Assembly (NCBI GenBank): GCA_031367385.1
Contig: JANLPS010000489.1
Coordinates: 8,283 to 72,282 of the forward strand
Length of the DNA stretch: 64,000 nt
Direction: 5' to 3'
Source: Archangium sp.
GTDB lineage: Bacteria > Myxococcota > Myxococcia > Myxococcales > Myxococcaceae
Shown in pieces: positions 31,952 through 41,627 of the stretch; the stretch's first letter is position 1; each line of letters starts with the position of its first letter. The translations under genes and the position numbers were made by a program. Below the pieces are notes generated by a model, which was given only the letters and a program-made list of their open reading frames with translations, was not told the origin of the DNA and did not search any database.

Positions 31952-33535
31952 TCAAAAGATGTCGTAGCGCGCCCCAAGCACCACTTTGTCGTTTCGCGAG
32001 TAGTACCCAAAAGGGCTGTAACCCGGCCCTTCATACATTTCAGCTGCCAACCAGATTTTCAACCGATCGATGGCTTGAAAGGTCACCCGGGGGCCGGCGG
32101 TGAAGCTGCGCTGAATCGGCTCGAGCGCGGCGCGCAGTTGCAGCTCGAACCGCTTTTTCCACACCGGTACGGCGATGGTCCCGATGATCAAATGAAAGAA
32201 GGCGGTACGGGCCGCGCCCACGGCGGTGGCGGGCTCGATCAACAGCAGCTGCTCGTTCGCTTTGATGCCGGGTATCGCGATGCCCATGTAATTGAGCGAA
32301 TAGTAGACGGGCGACTCCGAGGCCTGGCTGTACCCCACCACCCAGGTGACCGCGGCCTTGTCGATGGGCGCAAAGCCCGGGTCGACGAAGGTTTGCCGCG
32401 GGGTGAAGGTCAGGTCGGCGTCGAGCTGCCCGGGGCCGAGCAGCGTCGAGCCCTCGAGCGAGAACAGGTGCTGTCGGGCGTACACACCAGTGGCCAGGGC
32501 TTCTCCGGCTTGAAAGCGGTTGAGCACCGAGAGCGCCGCTGCAGAATCGAGTGGCTTGCCCGCAGCCTGCGCCCGGCTCAGCGCCGCCACTTCGGGGTCG
32601 ACCGTCATGCGCGGCAATTTCTCGTTCATCCACACCCAGCTGGCGCCGATCTTGAACCGGCCCTGCGAGACCAGGCGCACCACGAAGTCTCCGGCGAAGG
32701 GCACCGGCCGCCGCGTCTCGAGTATTCGCTCTTGAATGGCGTCTTCGATGCTGGGGTCGATGCGCCGGTTGTCGAAGCTCGGGGCCAAGGCTGGCTGCGC
32801 GAGCGCCTCGTCTTGCCCGAACACGAAATAGCGGTCGCCTTGAAAGAACGGAGCGTACGCCGCAAGCCAGCTGAAGCGGCCCAGCTCTCCCTGCGCGCGA
32901 ATGGCGAACGAGGGCAGAATCGTGTCTTCGAGCTCGCCCTGCACGAAGCTCTCGCGCAGGTCACGGGGGTTGAACCCATCGGCCGGAGCGAGCGCGGTGT
33001 TGGCGCCGATGGCGATGCGCTGGTTGCCGATGCGAACGTCGACCTTCTCGGTGTACAGGTCGAGAAAGGCCTCGCCCAACGTCGGGTCGAAGAACGCCTT
33101 GGCGCGGTCGAAGTTGCGTTGGGTGGCGAAGCGCACCTGGGCGCGGCCCTCGAGCACCAGCCGCAGGTTGGCGTTGAGCTTCACGTCAACGCCGATGGTC
33201 GTCTTGAAGCGCGCTTCGAAGACGTTCTCGGCCAACGGCACGTTGCGCGGAGAATCGAAGCGGGTGTCGAGCCCGGTGTCGCCACGCACGTTGCCGTGCA
33301 GTTGAATGCTCGGCGCCTCGGGCTTGGGGGCGAGCTCCTCGACGGCCGGCGTGGGCGCAACCGTGGTCGGGGTGGCCTCGGGTGACTGCTCGAAAGACTC
33401 GATTTCAGCCGGCTTTTCTGAACCCGGAGCGGCGGTCTGGGGCGCGACCGGCGCGTCTTCTGCGGGCGCTTGCGCGAACGCGGTGCTCGCAGTCAGTACG
33501 GCGCACAGACTCGGGTGAAGCCACGCGCGTCGCAT
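31952..33535 (-). CDS. Probable outer-membrane beta-barrel protein (DUF1302-like partner of the LolA-like protein)
   Basis: Signal peptide; EAFLDLY...DVRIGNQRIAIG...DGFNPRDL motif; C-terminal ARYDIF. Confidence 0.7.
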   Translation of the reverse strand: MRRAWLHPSLCAVLTASTAFAQAPAEDAPVAPQTAAPGSEKPAEIESFEQSPEATPTTVAPTPAVEELAPKPEAPSIQLHGNVRGDTGLDTRFDSPRNVPLAENVFEARFKTTIGVDVKLNANLRLVLEGRAQVRFATQRNFDRAKAFFDPTLGEAFLDLYTEKVDVRIGNQRIAIGANTALAPADGFNPRDLRESFVQGELEDTILPSFAIRAQGELGRFSWLAAYAPFFQGDRYFVFGQDEALAQPALAPSFDNRRIDPSIEDAIQERILETRRPVPFAGDFVVRLVSQGRFKIGASWVWMNEKLPRMTVDPEVAALSRAQAAGKPLDSAAALSVLNRFQAGEALATGVYARQHLFSLEGSTLLGPGQLDADLTFTPRQTFVDPGFAPIDKAAVTWVVGYSQASESPVYYSLNYMGIAIPGIKANEQLLLIEPATAVGAARTAFFHLIIGTIAVPVWKKRFELQLRAALEPIQRSFTAGPRVTFQAIDRLKIWLAAEMYEGPGYSPFGYYSRNDKVVLGARYDIF

Positions 33536-34290
33536 CAGCCGCGTTCGAGGGCCCGCTCGGTGAACGCCTCATCACCCAGCGTCGCGTCTTCGAGCTTGAG
33601 TACGGTCATCTGGGTCTTCGAGCCGGTCTGGAGGTTCTCCATCACCGAGTCGGCGGCGAGGGTGCGCTCTTTGAACGCTTTGAGCTTGAGCGTGCGGTAT
33701 CGCTTGTACAGGGCGCCGGCTTTGTCTTGGTACTCGACCTTCATCGGCACGTAGGTCTGCTGGTCGACGAACATCGTCACTTGCCCATAGGGAGAGCTGT
33801 CGTCGCCTTTGCCTTGCAGCACGAAGCAGGCCCGGCCATCGACCTTCTCATCGGGCAGCCGCTTGAGGTCGTCGTCTTTGGTGCCGTTGCTGGCGATGTC
33901 GGCGTAGGCGAAGTCGGTCTCCATGAACGGCTTGCCGCGGTCACCCTTGGCGACCTTTCGCACCCGCTTGAGCTTGGGCAGGTAGAGCGCCACGTCGTCA
34001 CCTTCACCGGGCTCGCCTTCGATGGTGAGCACCGCGACTCCGGCGACGCCGATGGGCGACGAGAAGCGGGCCAGGGCGTGGCTCTTCGATTTGATTCGCT
34101 TCGAGCTGGTCGAGAGCACTTGCTCTTTGACCTTGCCGTCGGCGGCGGTGGTGACCAGCTTGAGCTCGGCGGTGAGGCCGACCAGGTTGAGGGCGCCGCT
34201 GTCTTTCGATTTGCGCGAAATGTCAGCGGCCGATTCTTCGGCGAAGGCGCTGACGGCGAGCAATGCAGCGAGCAGGGGGGCGCGCATCAT
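33535..34290 (-). CDS. Outer-membrane lipoprotein-sorting protein (LolA-like, DUF1329 family)
   Basis: RFSSP..VAGVAVL, LYLPKLKRVRKV, FMETDFAYADI and VEYQDKAG.LYK motifs. Start moved to ATG 34290 because the upstream extension is repeat sequence. Confidence 0.88.
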   Translation of the reverse strand: MMRAPLLAALLAVSAFAEESAADISRKSKDSGALNLVGLTAELKLVTTAADGKVKEQVLSTSSKRIKSKSHALARFSSPIGVAGVAVLTIEGEPGEGDDVALYLPKLKRVRKVAKGDRGKPFMETDFAYADIASNGTKDDDLKRLPDEKVDGRACFVLQGKGDDSSPYGQVTMFVDQQTYVPMKVEYQDKAGALYKRYRTLKLKAFKERTLAADSVMENLQTGSKTQMTVLKLEDATLGDEAFTERALERG

Positions 34291-34336
34291 GGTGAGACTC
34301 CTTGTGAAACGGTAAAGCACTGAGCCCCAACGAAAT

Positions 34337-34374
34337 CTCTCATGGTGAGCCTGTCGAACCACGAACCACGAACC
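34337..34374 (+). repeat. REP-like element; 38-bp exact match to 63815-63852
   Basis: CTCTCATGGTGAGCCTGTCGAACCACGAACCACGAACC, intergenic. Confidence 0.85.
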
Positions 34375-34375
34375 G

Positions 34376-34657
34376 TTACTCGGGGAGCGGCAGCTTCAGC
34401 ACTTCGGCGGTGCGGGTCAAGATGTACAGCTCTTCGACTTTGGCCCGGGCCCAGGGCGTTCGGCGTAAAAAAGTGAGGCTCGACTTGATGCTCGGGTTCA
34501 AGGTGAACGAGTTGATGCGAATGCGCTGCGCGAGCTCGGGCCAGCCATACGTCGCGACCAGCTTCTCGAGAATCGTCTGCAGGTTGACGCCGTGCAGCTC
34601 ACGAATGAGGTGGCCGTTCTCGTCTTTGACATCGACGTCGAGGTCGGGGGGGCGCAT
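34376..34657 (-). CDS. VF530 / DUF2132 family small DNA-binding protein
   Basis: LHGVNLQTILEKLV..YGWPEL...NPSIKSSLTFLRRTPWARAKVEELY. Confidence 0.92.
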   Translation of the reverse strand: MRPPDLDVDVKDENGHLIRELHGVNLQTILEKLVATYGWPELAQRIRINSFTLNPSIKSSLTFLRRTPWARAKVEELYILTRTAEVLKLPLPE

Positions 34658-34665
34658 GGCTTTTC

Positions 34666-35487
34666 TTACGGGGCCAGGCGGCCGGTGAAGAGCAGGGCGA
34701 ACAGGCCCAGCCCGGCGAGCACGCGGTAGACGATGAAGACCATCGTCGAGCGGGTTCGCAAGAACCGAAGCAAGCCCCAGATGGCGAGCAGCCCGGTGGT
34801 GAACGAGACCAGGGTGCCCACCGCGAGCAACAGCATGGGCGGCTTGTCGGTGGCTTGAATCAGGTGCCGCAGCTCGAAGATGCCGGCGAGGCCAGTCGCG
34901 GGTATCGAGAGCAGAAACGAGTAGCGGGCGGCGTCAGCGCGGGTGAAGCCGAGCGAGAGGCCGCCAGTGAGCGTCGTGCCCGAGCGCGAGCTCCCGGGGA
35001 TGAGGGCGACCGCTTGCCACAGCCCGATGAGGAGCCCGTCTTTGAGAGTCATCTGCTCGAGGGTGCGGGCGTGCTTGGCCAGGCGCTCGACGACGAAGAG
35101 CACCAGCGCCAAGACGATGAGCGAGGTGGCGATGACGTAAAGCGACCGAAACGAGGTCTCGATGCTTTTCTTGAAGAGCAGCCCCAGCACCCCGATGGGT
35201 ATCGTGCCGAGCCCGACGAACCAGGCCAGCCGAGAATCTGCGGTGCCGAAGGGTTGGCGCGCCTTGAGGCCAGCAATGAAGGCGAGCGTGAGGCGGGCCA
35301 GGTCTTTGGCGAAGTAGAGAATGACCGCGGCGGTGGTGCCGAGCTGAATGATGGCCGAGTAGGCGGCGCCGGGGTCGGCCCACCCGAGCAGCGCGGGCAC
35401 GATTCGCAGGTGCGCGGTCGAGGAGATCGGCAAGAACTCGGTCACCCCTTGCACCAGGCCGAGCACGATGGCTTCGAGGAGGCCCAC
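34666..35487 (-). CDS. uppP: Undecaprenyl-diphosphate phosphatase
   Basis: LGLVQGVTEFLPISSTAHL, IQLGT, ALIPGSSRSGTT and AARYSFLLSIP motifs; GTG start at 35487. Confidence 0.96.
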   Translation of the reverse strand: MGLLEAIVLGLVQGVTEFLPISSTAHLRIVPALLGWADPGAAYSAIIQLGTTAAVILYFAKDLARLTLAFIAGLKARQPFGTADSRLAWFVGLGTIPIGVLGLLFKKSIETSFRSLYVIATSLIVLALVLFVVERLAKHARTLEQMTLKDGLLIGLWQAVALIPGSSRSGTTLTGGLSLGFTRADAARYSFLLSIPATGLAGIFELRHLIQATDKPPMLLLAVGTLVSFTTGLLAIWGLLRFLRTRSTMVFIVYRVLAGLGLFALLFTGRLAP

Positions 35488-35489
35488 GG

Positions 35490-37445
35490 TCAGTCCTGAG
35501 GCACGAGGTTCCACACGTCGCCGCCGAGCTCTGCTTTGCGAAGCTCCCAGGCGGCCAAGACGTCGGCGGTGTGGGCGATGTACTCGGGGCTGGCCTCGAA
35601 GCGGTGCTGCTTGGCGTACGCGGCCAAGAATTCGCGCAACACCGGCGAGAGAAAGTGGGTCGCGAGAATCACTTCGCTGCCGTCGAGGTACTCGGTGAAG
35701 CGCAGCGCGAACCCGGCGTGGCCCTCGTCAGAGGTCTCGACGCGAACGACCTCGCCTTTGACGCGCACCATGCGGCCCTTGGGGGGCAGGGTGAGCTCGA
35801 CGAGCAGCTTGGTGCCCAGCTTCAAGAAGAAGCTCGACTGCAAGAACATGCCGCCGACCGAGATGTTGACGGTGGGCAGCGCGGCCTCGAAAAAGCGGTT
35901 GGGCGAGTCGGCCATCGAGAGCCGGGCCTTCACCCCGAGCTCGAGACGGGGGTACTTGCGGCGGGCGTCGGCGGGCAGCTTGCTCTTGGCTGAGGCGACT
36001 CCCGGCGCGGCGACGGGCACCCTGCCAGGGGCGGGGCTCGGAGCGCGATGCAGCGAGGCCAAGGCGGTGTCGCGGTTGACGGTGGCTGACGAGGGCGCCC
36101 AGCTTCGAGCCGAGGTGCGGGTGTCGGCTTTCGGCGTGGGTTTCGGAGCAGGGGCTCCGGCGGGCTTCGCGACGCCGGGTGAGCGGGAGTCAGGTGGCTT
36201 GGTGGTCATGGCCGTGGTGGCGCGAGTCGGAGCGCCAGAGGTCGAGCGTGAATCGTTCGCACGGGGAGACCCCGGGCGGTTCGTCGTCGAAGCGGCTGCG
36301 GCGCTGCGTGGGTCGGTCTTCGAAGTGCTTGGCGCCAGGGTGGGCGGGCGTGAGTCAGACGATCGCGCGGTTGCGGGTGAGGCGCTTCGCGAGTCGAGGG
36401 TTCGCGCGCCAGTCGTCACCGCGCCGCGGGAGTCGGTGGCTCGCGAAGCCACAGCGGTTGAGGCCGTGCTCGTGATGCGCGAATCGCTCGTGCGAGGAAC
36501 TGGCGATGCGCTTCGTGAATCGGGGGGGCGTGATGAGGCGGTGACTCGTGAATCGGTCGAACGCAACGAATCGTTGCGTGAGGACGCGCTCGTTGCGCGT
36601 GAATCGCTCGGTCGTGACGCCGCGCTGGCTGACCGGGAGTCACTCGCGCGTGGTGCTGCTGAGATATGTCGTGATTCTGCGAGCCGCGATGAATCGCTGG
36701 GCCGTGAAGCTGCACTGGTTGAACGCGAGTCACTCGCGCGCTCGGCGGAGATTTCTCGCGAACCAGTGGGGCGCGATGCGGCGGTGGCTCGTGAATCGGT
36801 GGGGCGTGAAGCCTCACTGGCTGAACGTGAGTCACTCGAGCGTGGTGCTGCGGAGGTCGTTCGTGAGTCCGTGGGCCGCAATGAGCCGGTGGTTCGTGAA
36901 TCGCTCGGCCGCGAAACGGCTACGCGTGACGCACTCGCGCGCATTGCGGCTGCGCTGCTTCGTGAGTCCGTCGGACGTGATGAGGCGGTGGTACGTGAAT
37001 CGCTCGGCCGTGCGGCAGCGCTGGCTGAACGCGAGTCAGCCGCACGTGAGGCGGAGCTTGCTCGCGAATCGGTGGCTCGCGAGGCAGCGTTGGTTGAGCG
37101 CGCGTCACTCGCGCGTGAGGCCGAGAGTTCTCGTGAGCCCGTCGGCCGTGATGAGGCGGCAGTTCGTGAATCGCCCGCTCGCGCTGGGGCAGCGCCGAGC
37201 TTCGAGCCAACCGATTCGCCACCTCGCGCTGCCCTGGCCTTTGACGCGGGCGCCGGAGCCGCACGGCCGCCGCCCCGAAAGGCCTCAGCCGCGGCTCTGA
37301 CTTTCTCTCGCAACGCCTCGGCGCCCGAATCGCGTCGAGGCGCCGCGCCGGGGCGTGAAACCACAGGCACCGCTCGCTTTCGCGTGTCGAGCGACGCCGC
37401 GAGCGCTGTCAGTGATGCCTTCGATTTCTGCCCCGAGCGCGCCAT
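35490..37445 (-). CDS. PilZ-domain protein with a long Ser/Arg/Ala-rich repetitive N-terminal region
   Basis: C-terminal RRKYPR (RxxxR) and NISVGG (NxSxxG) motifs, GEVVRV, ALRF; begins just after the metK stop. The true start could be internal. Confidence 0.8.
   Translation of the reverse strand: MARSGQKSKASLTALAASLDTRKRAVPVVSRPGAAPRRDSGAEALREKVRAAAEAFRGGGRAAPAPASKARAARGGESVGSKLGAAPARAGDSRTAASSRPTGSRELSASRASDARSTNAASRATDSRASSASRAADSRSASAAARPSDSRTTASSRPTDSRSSAAAMRASASRVAVSRPSDSRTTGSLRPTDSRTTSAAPRSSDSRSASEASRPTDSRATAASRPTGSREISAERASDSRSTSAASRPSDSSRLAESRHISAAPRASDSRSASAASRPSDSRATSASSRNDSLRSTDSRVTASSRPPDSRSASPVPRTSDSRITSTASTAVASRATDSRGAVTTGARTLDSRSASPATARSSDSRPPTLAPSTSKTDPRSAAAASTTNRPGSPRANDSRSTSGAPTRATTAMTTKPPDSRSPGVAKPAGAPAPKPTPKADTRTSARSWAPSSATVNRDTALASLHRAPSPAPGRVPVAAPGVASAKSKLPADARRKYPRLELGVKARLSMADSPNRFFEAALPTVNISVGGMFLQSSFFLKLGTKLLVELTLPPKGRMVRVKGEVVRVETSDEGHAGFALRFTEYLDGSEVILATHFLSPVLREFLAAYAKQHRFEASPEYIAHTADVLAAWELRKAELGGDVWNLVPQD
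36180..37175 (-). repeat. Degenerate coding tandem repeat; about 25 units of 33-36 bp (R-[P/A]-[S/T]-D-S-R core)
   Basis: Recurring plus-strand CGTGAATCG/CGTGAGTC motifs; the protein repeats ...SRPTDSR/RASDSR. Confidence 0.8.
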
Positions 37446-37451
37446 GAAGAA

Positions 37452-38618
37452 TTACGCGGCGCGCACTTTCACGCCGAGTGCATCTCGCAAGGCTTCCTTC
37501 TTGTCGGTCTTCTCCCAGCTGAACTCGCTGCGGCCGAAGTGACCGTACGCCGCCGTGCGCTGGTAAATCGGGCGCAGCAAGTCGAGCGTCTCGACGATCT
37601 GACGCGGCTTGAGCCCGAACACCTGACGAACCGCCAACGCGATCTTGTCTTCGTCGATGATCGACGTGCCGAACGTCTCGACCATCACGCTCACCGGCTC
37701 TGCCACGCCGATCGCGTACGAGACCTGCACTTCGCACCGCGTCGCCAAGCCAGCCGCGACCACCGTCTTCGCGATGTACCGGCCCATGTACGCCGCCGAT
37801 CGGTCAACCTTCGAGGGGTCTTTGCCCGAGAACGCACCGCCGCCGTGACGGCCCATGCCGCCGTAGGTGTCGACGATGATCTTTCGGCCCGTCACGCCCG
37901 AGTCGCCCATCGGCCCGCCAATGACGAAGCGGCCCGTGGGGTTGATGAAGAACTTGGTTTTCTTGTCGATGAGCTTGCCCGGCAGCGAGGGCTTGATCAC
38001 GTCCTCCATGATCGCCTCTTTGATGCGTTTGTTGCTGACGTGCTCGGCGTGCTGAGTCGAGAGCACCACCGCGTCGATGCGCACCGGCTTGCCATTGACG
38101 TACTCCACCGTCACCTGGCTCTTGCCGTCGGGGCGAATCCAGTCGTGCTTCTTGCGGCGAACATCGGCCAGCTTGCGGGTCAGCGCGTGGGCGTAGTGAA
38201 TCGGAGCGGGCATCAGCTCGGGCGTCTCGTTGCACGCGTAGCCGAACATCATGCCCTGGTCGCCGGCCCCTTGTTCTTTCTTGCTGCCTTCGTCGACGCC
38301 GCGGGCGATGTCTTGCGACTGCCCTTCAATCGCCACCATCACGCCGCAGGTGTTGCCGTCGTACCCCATGGCCGAGTCGGTGTAGCCAATCTTGCGAATC
38401 GTGTTGCGCACGATGGTGGGGATGTCGATCCACGCCGTGGTGGTCACTTCTCCGGCGACCATCGCGAAGCCCGTCTTCACCAGGGTCTCGACCGCGATGC
38501 GCGCGTGCGGGTCTTTTTCAATCAACGCGTCGACGACGCCATCTGAAATCTGGTCGCAAATCTTGTCCGGGTGGCCTTCGGTGACCGACTCAGAGGTGAA
38601 GAGAAAATCCTTTGGCAT
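37452..38618 (-). CDS. metK: S-adenosylmethionine synthetase
   Basis: [53 protein letters not shown] and YGHFGR motifs. Confidence 0.99.
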   Translation of the reverse strand: MPKDFLFTSESVTEGHPDKICDQISDGVVDALIEKDPHARIAVETLVKTGFAMVAGEVTTTAWIDIPTIVRNTIRKIGYTDSAMGYDGNTCGVMVAIEGQSQDIARGVDEGSKKEQGAGDQGMMFGYACNETPELMPAPIHYAHALTRKLADVRRKKHDWIRPDGKSQVTVEYVNGKPVRIDAVVLSTQHAEHVSNKRIKEAIMEDVIKPSLPGKLIDKKTKFFINPTGRFVIGGPMGDSGVTGRKIIVDTYGGMGRHGGGAFSGKDPSKVDRSAAYMGRYIAKTVVAAGLATRCEVQVSYAIGVAEPVSVMVETFGTSIIDEDKIALAVRQVFGLKPRQIVETLDLLRPIYQRTAAYGHFGRSEFSWEKTDKKEALRDALGVKVRAA

Positions 38619-38699
38619 GGCGTTGGTTTCCGTCTGGTGAGGAGTGAAGTGAGCGCGGCTATACCGCGCACCGCGTTACAGATCCAAGGGTGACTGCAT

Positions 38700-39785
38700 C
38701 TAGCGGTGTCGGGTGGTGATTTCGGAGCCGACCGAAGCGCCGGTGAGCCAGGCGTCGACCCCCACATCACCCCGAAAATGCTTGCGAAAGAAGGCAACGG
38801 TCAATGTGTGCAGGTCGGCCCGGGCCTTGACCTTGTCGCCGCTCGACGTCTTGCAAAAGCCGCACGACAAGCCCGTGCAGGCATCGACGAAATCGAGGTG
38901 GCCGATCGAAGCGAAGGTCCACTCCGCTGACCAGGGTGCGCTGGTCGCGGCCTCGTAAAAGGTCGTGTAATTACCAGCGGCTGGGGCGCACAGCATGCCC
39001 CCCCCGGTCGAGTCGAGGGTTTCACCGGCGAAGCCCAGAGGCACCGCGAGCGGGGTGACCTGGTCGGGCACCACGTCGGGGCTCTGCGCATTGACCGGGT
39101 CGATGCCGAAGACCGCGCCCACCCGCGCATCGGCGAAGGCGGTCATGATCGCCAGTTTGCCGCCGAGGCTGTGGCCCATCACGCCCACCCGGGTCGAGTC
39201 GACGCGACCCGCAAGCGGCCCCGAGGCCGAGAGGGCCCAGTCGATCGCGGCACGGGCGTCTTTCATCATCGCGACGTGGTCGACGTTGAAAATGCTGAAC
39301 GCCGGGTCGGCTCGAATCACCACGAAACCATGCGAGGCGAGGCGCTCGACCGTCGCCAAGTACATCGAGGTGTTCAGGTTCGCGCCGGGTAAAAAGACGA
39401 TCACCGGCGATGGCCCCAGGCCGACCGGCAGGTGCGCGACCACCGGCGTCTGACGCGAGCCGTTCGTCACCTTGCCGCTGACCGTACTCAGGGCGTAGGG
39501 CCCCGCCACGTCGGGGGTCGTGCCATTGGCGTACGTGGCGCCCGCGTCGACCGAGCCGCCGCCGTCGGCCCCAGGAGGCTGCCCGGCATCACCCGGGGCG
39601 CTCTGACCTGCATCGAGCGCCACCGTCGGCCCACCGGCATCGACCCCGTCCGAAAGACCAGCATCATTGCCGAGCCGGGCTCCGCCGTCGGAGCGAACGC
39701 CCGCATCAAGCCCAGGCAGGGTGTCGCTCCCCGCCCCGCCGCACGCACCGGTGAACACCATCAGCGCCAAAAATGAAGATCTCAT
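38700..39785 (-). CDS. Lipoprotein alpha/beta-hydrolase (chlorophyllase/cutinase-like)
   Basis: Lipobox FTGAC from ATG 39785; DAG-rich linker; GPY, LASHGFVVI, GHSLGG, GIDPV and GHLDF motifs. Confidence 0.85.
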   Translation of the reverse strand: MRSSFLALMVFTGACGGAGSDTLPGLDAGVRSDGGARLGNDAGLSDGVDAGGPTVALDAGQSAPGDAGQPPGADGGGSVDAGATYANGTTPDVAGPYALSTVSGKVTNGSRQTPVVAHLPVGLGPSPVIVFLPGANLNTSMYLATVERLASHGFVVIRADPAFSIFNVDHVAMMKDARAAIDWALSASGPLAGRVDSTRVGVMGHSLGGKLAIMTAFADARVGAVFGIDPVNAQSPDVVPDQVTPLAVPLGFAGETLDSTGGGMLCAPAAGNYTTFYEAATSAPWSAEWTFASIGHLDFVDACTGLSCGFCKTSSGDKVKARADLHTLTVAFFRKHFRGDVGVDAWLTGASVGSEITTRHR

Positions 39786-39906
39786 CGCCAGAGCGGCACT
39801 ACGACAAGTGGGCCCCTGTGCGCCAGAGCTTGAGTCGGGCGCTTCGCTGAGGCACAAGCCAAGCCGATTGAATATTCTTTTGGCCCAGCGCGTCGGTACG
39901 GACACT

Positions 39907-40482
39907 ATGACTCGACTCCTCGCACTTTCTCTCGCAGTGGTTGCCTCGTCGGCCTTCGCGGCTTCGGCCAAAGAAGAGGTCTCCAAACCCATCAAAACCG
40001 TCGTGAATTCGGTGCGTTTCGGCAAAGACCTGGCCGCGCTGAAGATGTTCGCGGGCGAAGAACAGGGCAAGTACATGCTCGGCGACGAGTGGGCCAAAGG
40101 CACCGACGCGCAGCGAAAAGAGTTCATCGAGCAGTTTCACCAGCTGTTCGGCAAAATCGCCTTTCCCAAGATTCGAAAGAACTTCGAGAACCTCGACTCG
40201 GTGCTCTACGACGAGCCCACGGTGAACGGCGAGAAGGCCGAGATCCCCTCCACGATTTTGATCAACCACCCGCTCAAGAAGCAGGAGCTCAAGCTCAAGT
40301 ACGCGCTCGCCAAGCAAGGCCCCGCGTGGAAGGTCATCGACGTTTCGGTGCTCGGCGACTCGATGCTGCAGGGCATTCGCGATGATCAGGTGCAGCCGAT
40401 CTTCAAAGAGGGCGGCTGGGAAAAGCTGCTGAGCTTGATGAAGGCCAAGAACGCTGAGCTCAAAGATGTCGTTCTGAAGTGA
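39907..40482 (+). CDS. MlaC/Ttg2D-like periplasmic lipid-binding protein
   Basis: Signal peptide from ATG 39907; W...TDAQRKEFIEQF and WKVIDVSVLGDSM motifs. Confidence 0.8.
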   Translation: MTRLLALSLAVVASSAFAASAKEEVSKPIKTVVNSVRFGKDLAALKMFAGEEQGKYMLGDEWAKGTDAQRKEFIEQFHQLFGKIAFPKIRKNFENLDSVLYDEPTVNGEKAEIPSTILINHPLKKQELKLKYALAKQGPAWKVIDVSVLGDSMLQGIRDDQVQPIFKEGGWEKLLSLMKAKNAELKDVVLK

Positions 40483-41159
40483 AGGCGCTCGGGGGGGCAC
40501 TGCTTTTTCTGCTGGGCACCGCGTGCGGCGCGCCGACGATGGGCCAGGTCGAGGTCGACTCCGGCACGGTCGTGGTGGTGCCGAAGAGCGATGCCGGCGT
40601 GGCTCGAACCGATGGCGGCCTTCGCGATGCGGGTGCGCAGCCTGACGCCGGGCCGCCCGCGCCGCGAGATGCAGGCACCTGCCCCTTCACTCCGCAGTGG
40701 AACTTCGTGGTCAACGCAGGCTTCGAGTGCGCGCCGTCGACCCCTTGGTCTGTCTCGAGCGGCGTCGGCACGGTCATCGACGCCGGTCACTCTGGGAGCA
40801 ATGCGCTCAAGGTCGTCGCCGATTCGCTCGGGCAGGCCCTGGCCGGGCAAGACAACGTGGTCAACGACACCGGTGGTCAGGTGTTCTGCGCGCAGCTGTG
40901 GGTGCGGGGCACGTCGCCTGAGATGCGGCTCGAGGTGCGCGTTTCGCCCTCGGGCAAAGGCTCGGCGTTCTCTTCTCCGCTCGGCAGCGACGGCGGGTGG
41001 GTGAAGGTGCCGCCGGGGGCTCCGATGGCGGTCAGCTCTGAGCGTGGAGAGTCACTCTCGGTGCTGGCGAAGACCCAAGCCGCCGTCGTGGGCGAGACGT
41101 TGATCATCGATGACGTCGAGCTGTGGCCTTCGGCTTCGGGCCGCTGCGACGAGCATTGA
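40479..41159 (+). CDS. Lipoprotein with a carbohydrate-binding-like (jelly-roll) domain
   Basis: Lipobox LGTAC; DAG linker; NFVVNAGFE...GHSGSNAL...IIDDVEL pattern; GTGA overlap. Confidence 0.7.
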   Translation: MKALGGALLFLLGTACGAPTMGQVEVDSGTVVVVPKSDAGVARTDGGLRDAGAQPDAGPPAPRDAGTCPFTPQWNFVVNAGFECAPSTPWSVSSGVGTVIDAGHSGSNALKVVADSLGQALAGQDNVVNDTGGQVFCAQLWVRGTSPEMRLEVRVSPSGKGSAFSSPLGSDGGWVKVPPGAPMAVSSERGESLSVLAKTQAAVVGETLIIDDVELWPSASGRCDEH

Positions 41160-41625
41160 CTGGCCACAGGCTGCGCGTCTGCGCCGCTCGCCGCTTCAAC
41201 GAGTCATCGACTGCACAGACGAAGCGCGTCAGAAGCGACCTCAGCAGCACTTGCTCGGTCGCGCTCAATGAGCGCTCGAGCCCGCCCATCACGGTTCGAA
41301 GGCGCGCCTCACAGCGTCGATAGGTCGAACGGCCCTGTGCCGTGAGTTGCACGACACCTGCCCTCGCGTCGTTCGGGTCATCGCACCGTCGAACGAGGCC
41401 CGAGCGCTGCATGCGGGTGACCAGCCGCGAGACCGCCGCCTGATCATGCTGCAGCGTTTCGACGATCGCCGAGACGCGCAAGTCTCCGTGCCGCGCCAGC
41501 ACCACCAGCACCTTCCACTGCGTGCTGGTGATTTTCAGAGGGGCCAAGACCCGGTCACCCAGCGTCGCCAGTCGCGAAGACGCGGCGTGCAGGAGCCCGC
41601 CGAGATCTCGGGGGGTGTTTGCCAT
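41104..41625 (-). CDS. MarR family transcriptional regulator
   Basis: ITSTQWKVL, DQAAVSRLVTRM..GLV.R..DPNDAR...LTAQG motifs; the tail overlaps the convergent gene. Confidence 0.9.
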   Translation of the reverse strand: MANTPRDLGGLLHAASSRLATLGDRVLAPLKITSTQWKVLVVLARHGDLRVSAIVETLQHDQAAVSRLVTRMQRSGLVRRCDDPNDARAGVVQLTAQGRSTYRRCEARLRTVMGGLERSLSATEQVLLRSLLTRFVCAVDDSLKRRAAQTRSLWPVNARRSGPKPKATARRHR

Positions 41626-41627
41626 CG

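Noticed and set aside
32075..33385. Long alternative ORFs such as this one, 2699-3727, 37539-38546 and 51691-52695
   Set aside because: They are antisense to well-supported genes, have no motifs, and are expected from stop-codon scarcity at high GC.
34291..34362. N-terminal extension MVRQAHHERF... on the LolA-like gene
   Set aside because: It is the translated REP-like repeat. A proper signal peptide starts at 34290, after an AGGAG RBS.
36180..37175. Possible CRISPR array (33-36 bp periodicity)
   Set aside because: Units are degenerate and contiguous, with no constant repeat plus unique spacer. They stay in frame, and no cas genes are present.
35536..37542. 668-aa plus-strand ORF with RES repeats antisense to the PilZ gene
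   Set aside because: It shares third codon positions with the PilZ frame, the usual antisense shadow in GC-rich DNA. The minus frame has the recognisable domain and operon context.
38619..38699. SAM riboswitch upstream of metK
   Set aside because: The spacer is only ~80 bp and I see no SAM-I/II/SAH consensus, just a short GCGCGG-ctata-CCGCGC hairpin. An Rfam scan would settle it.
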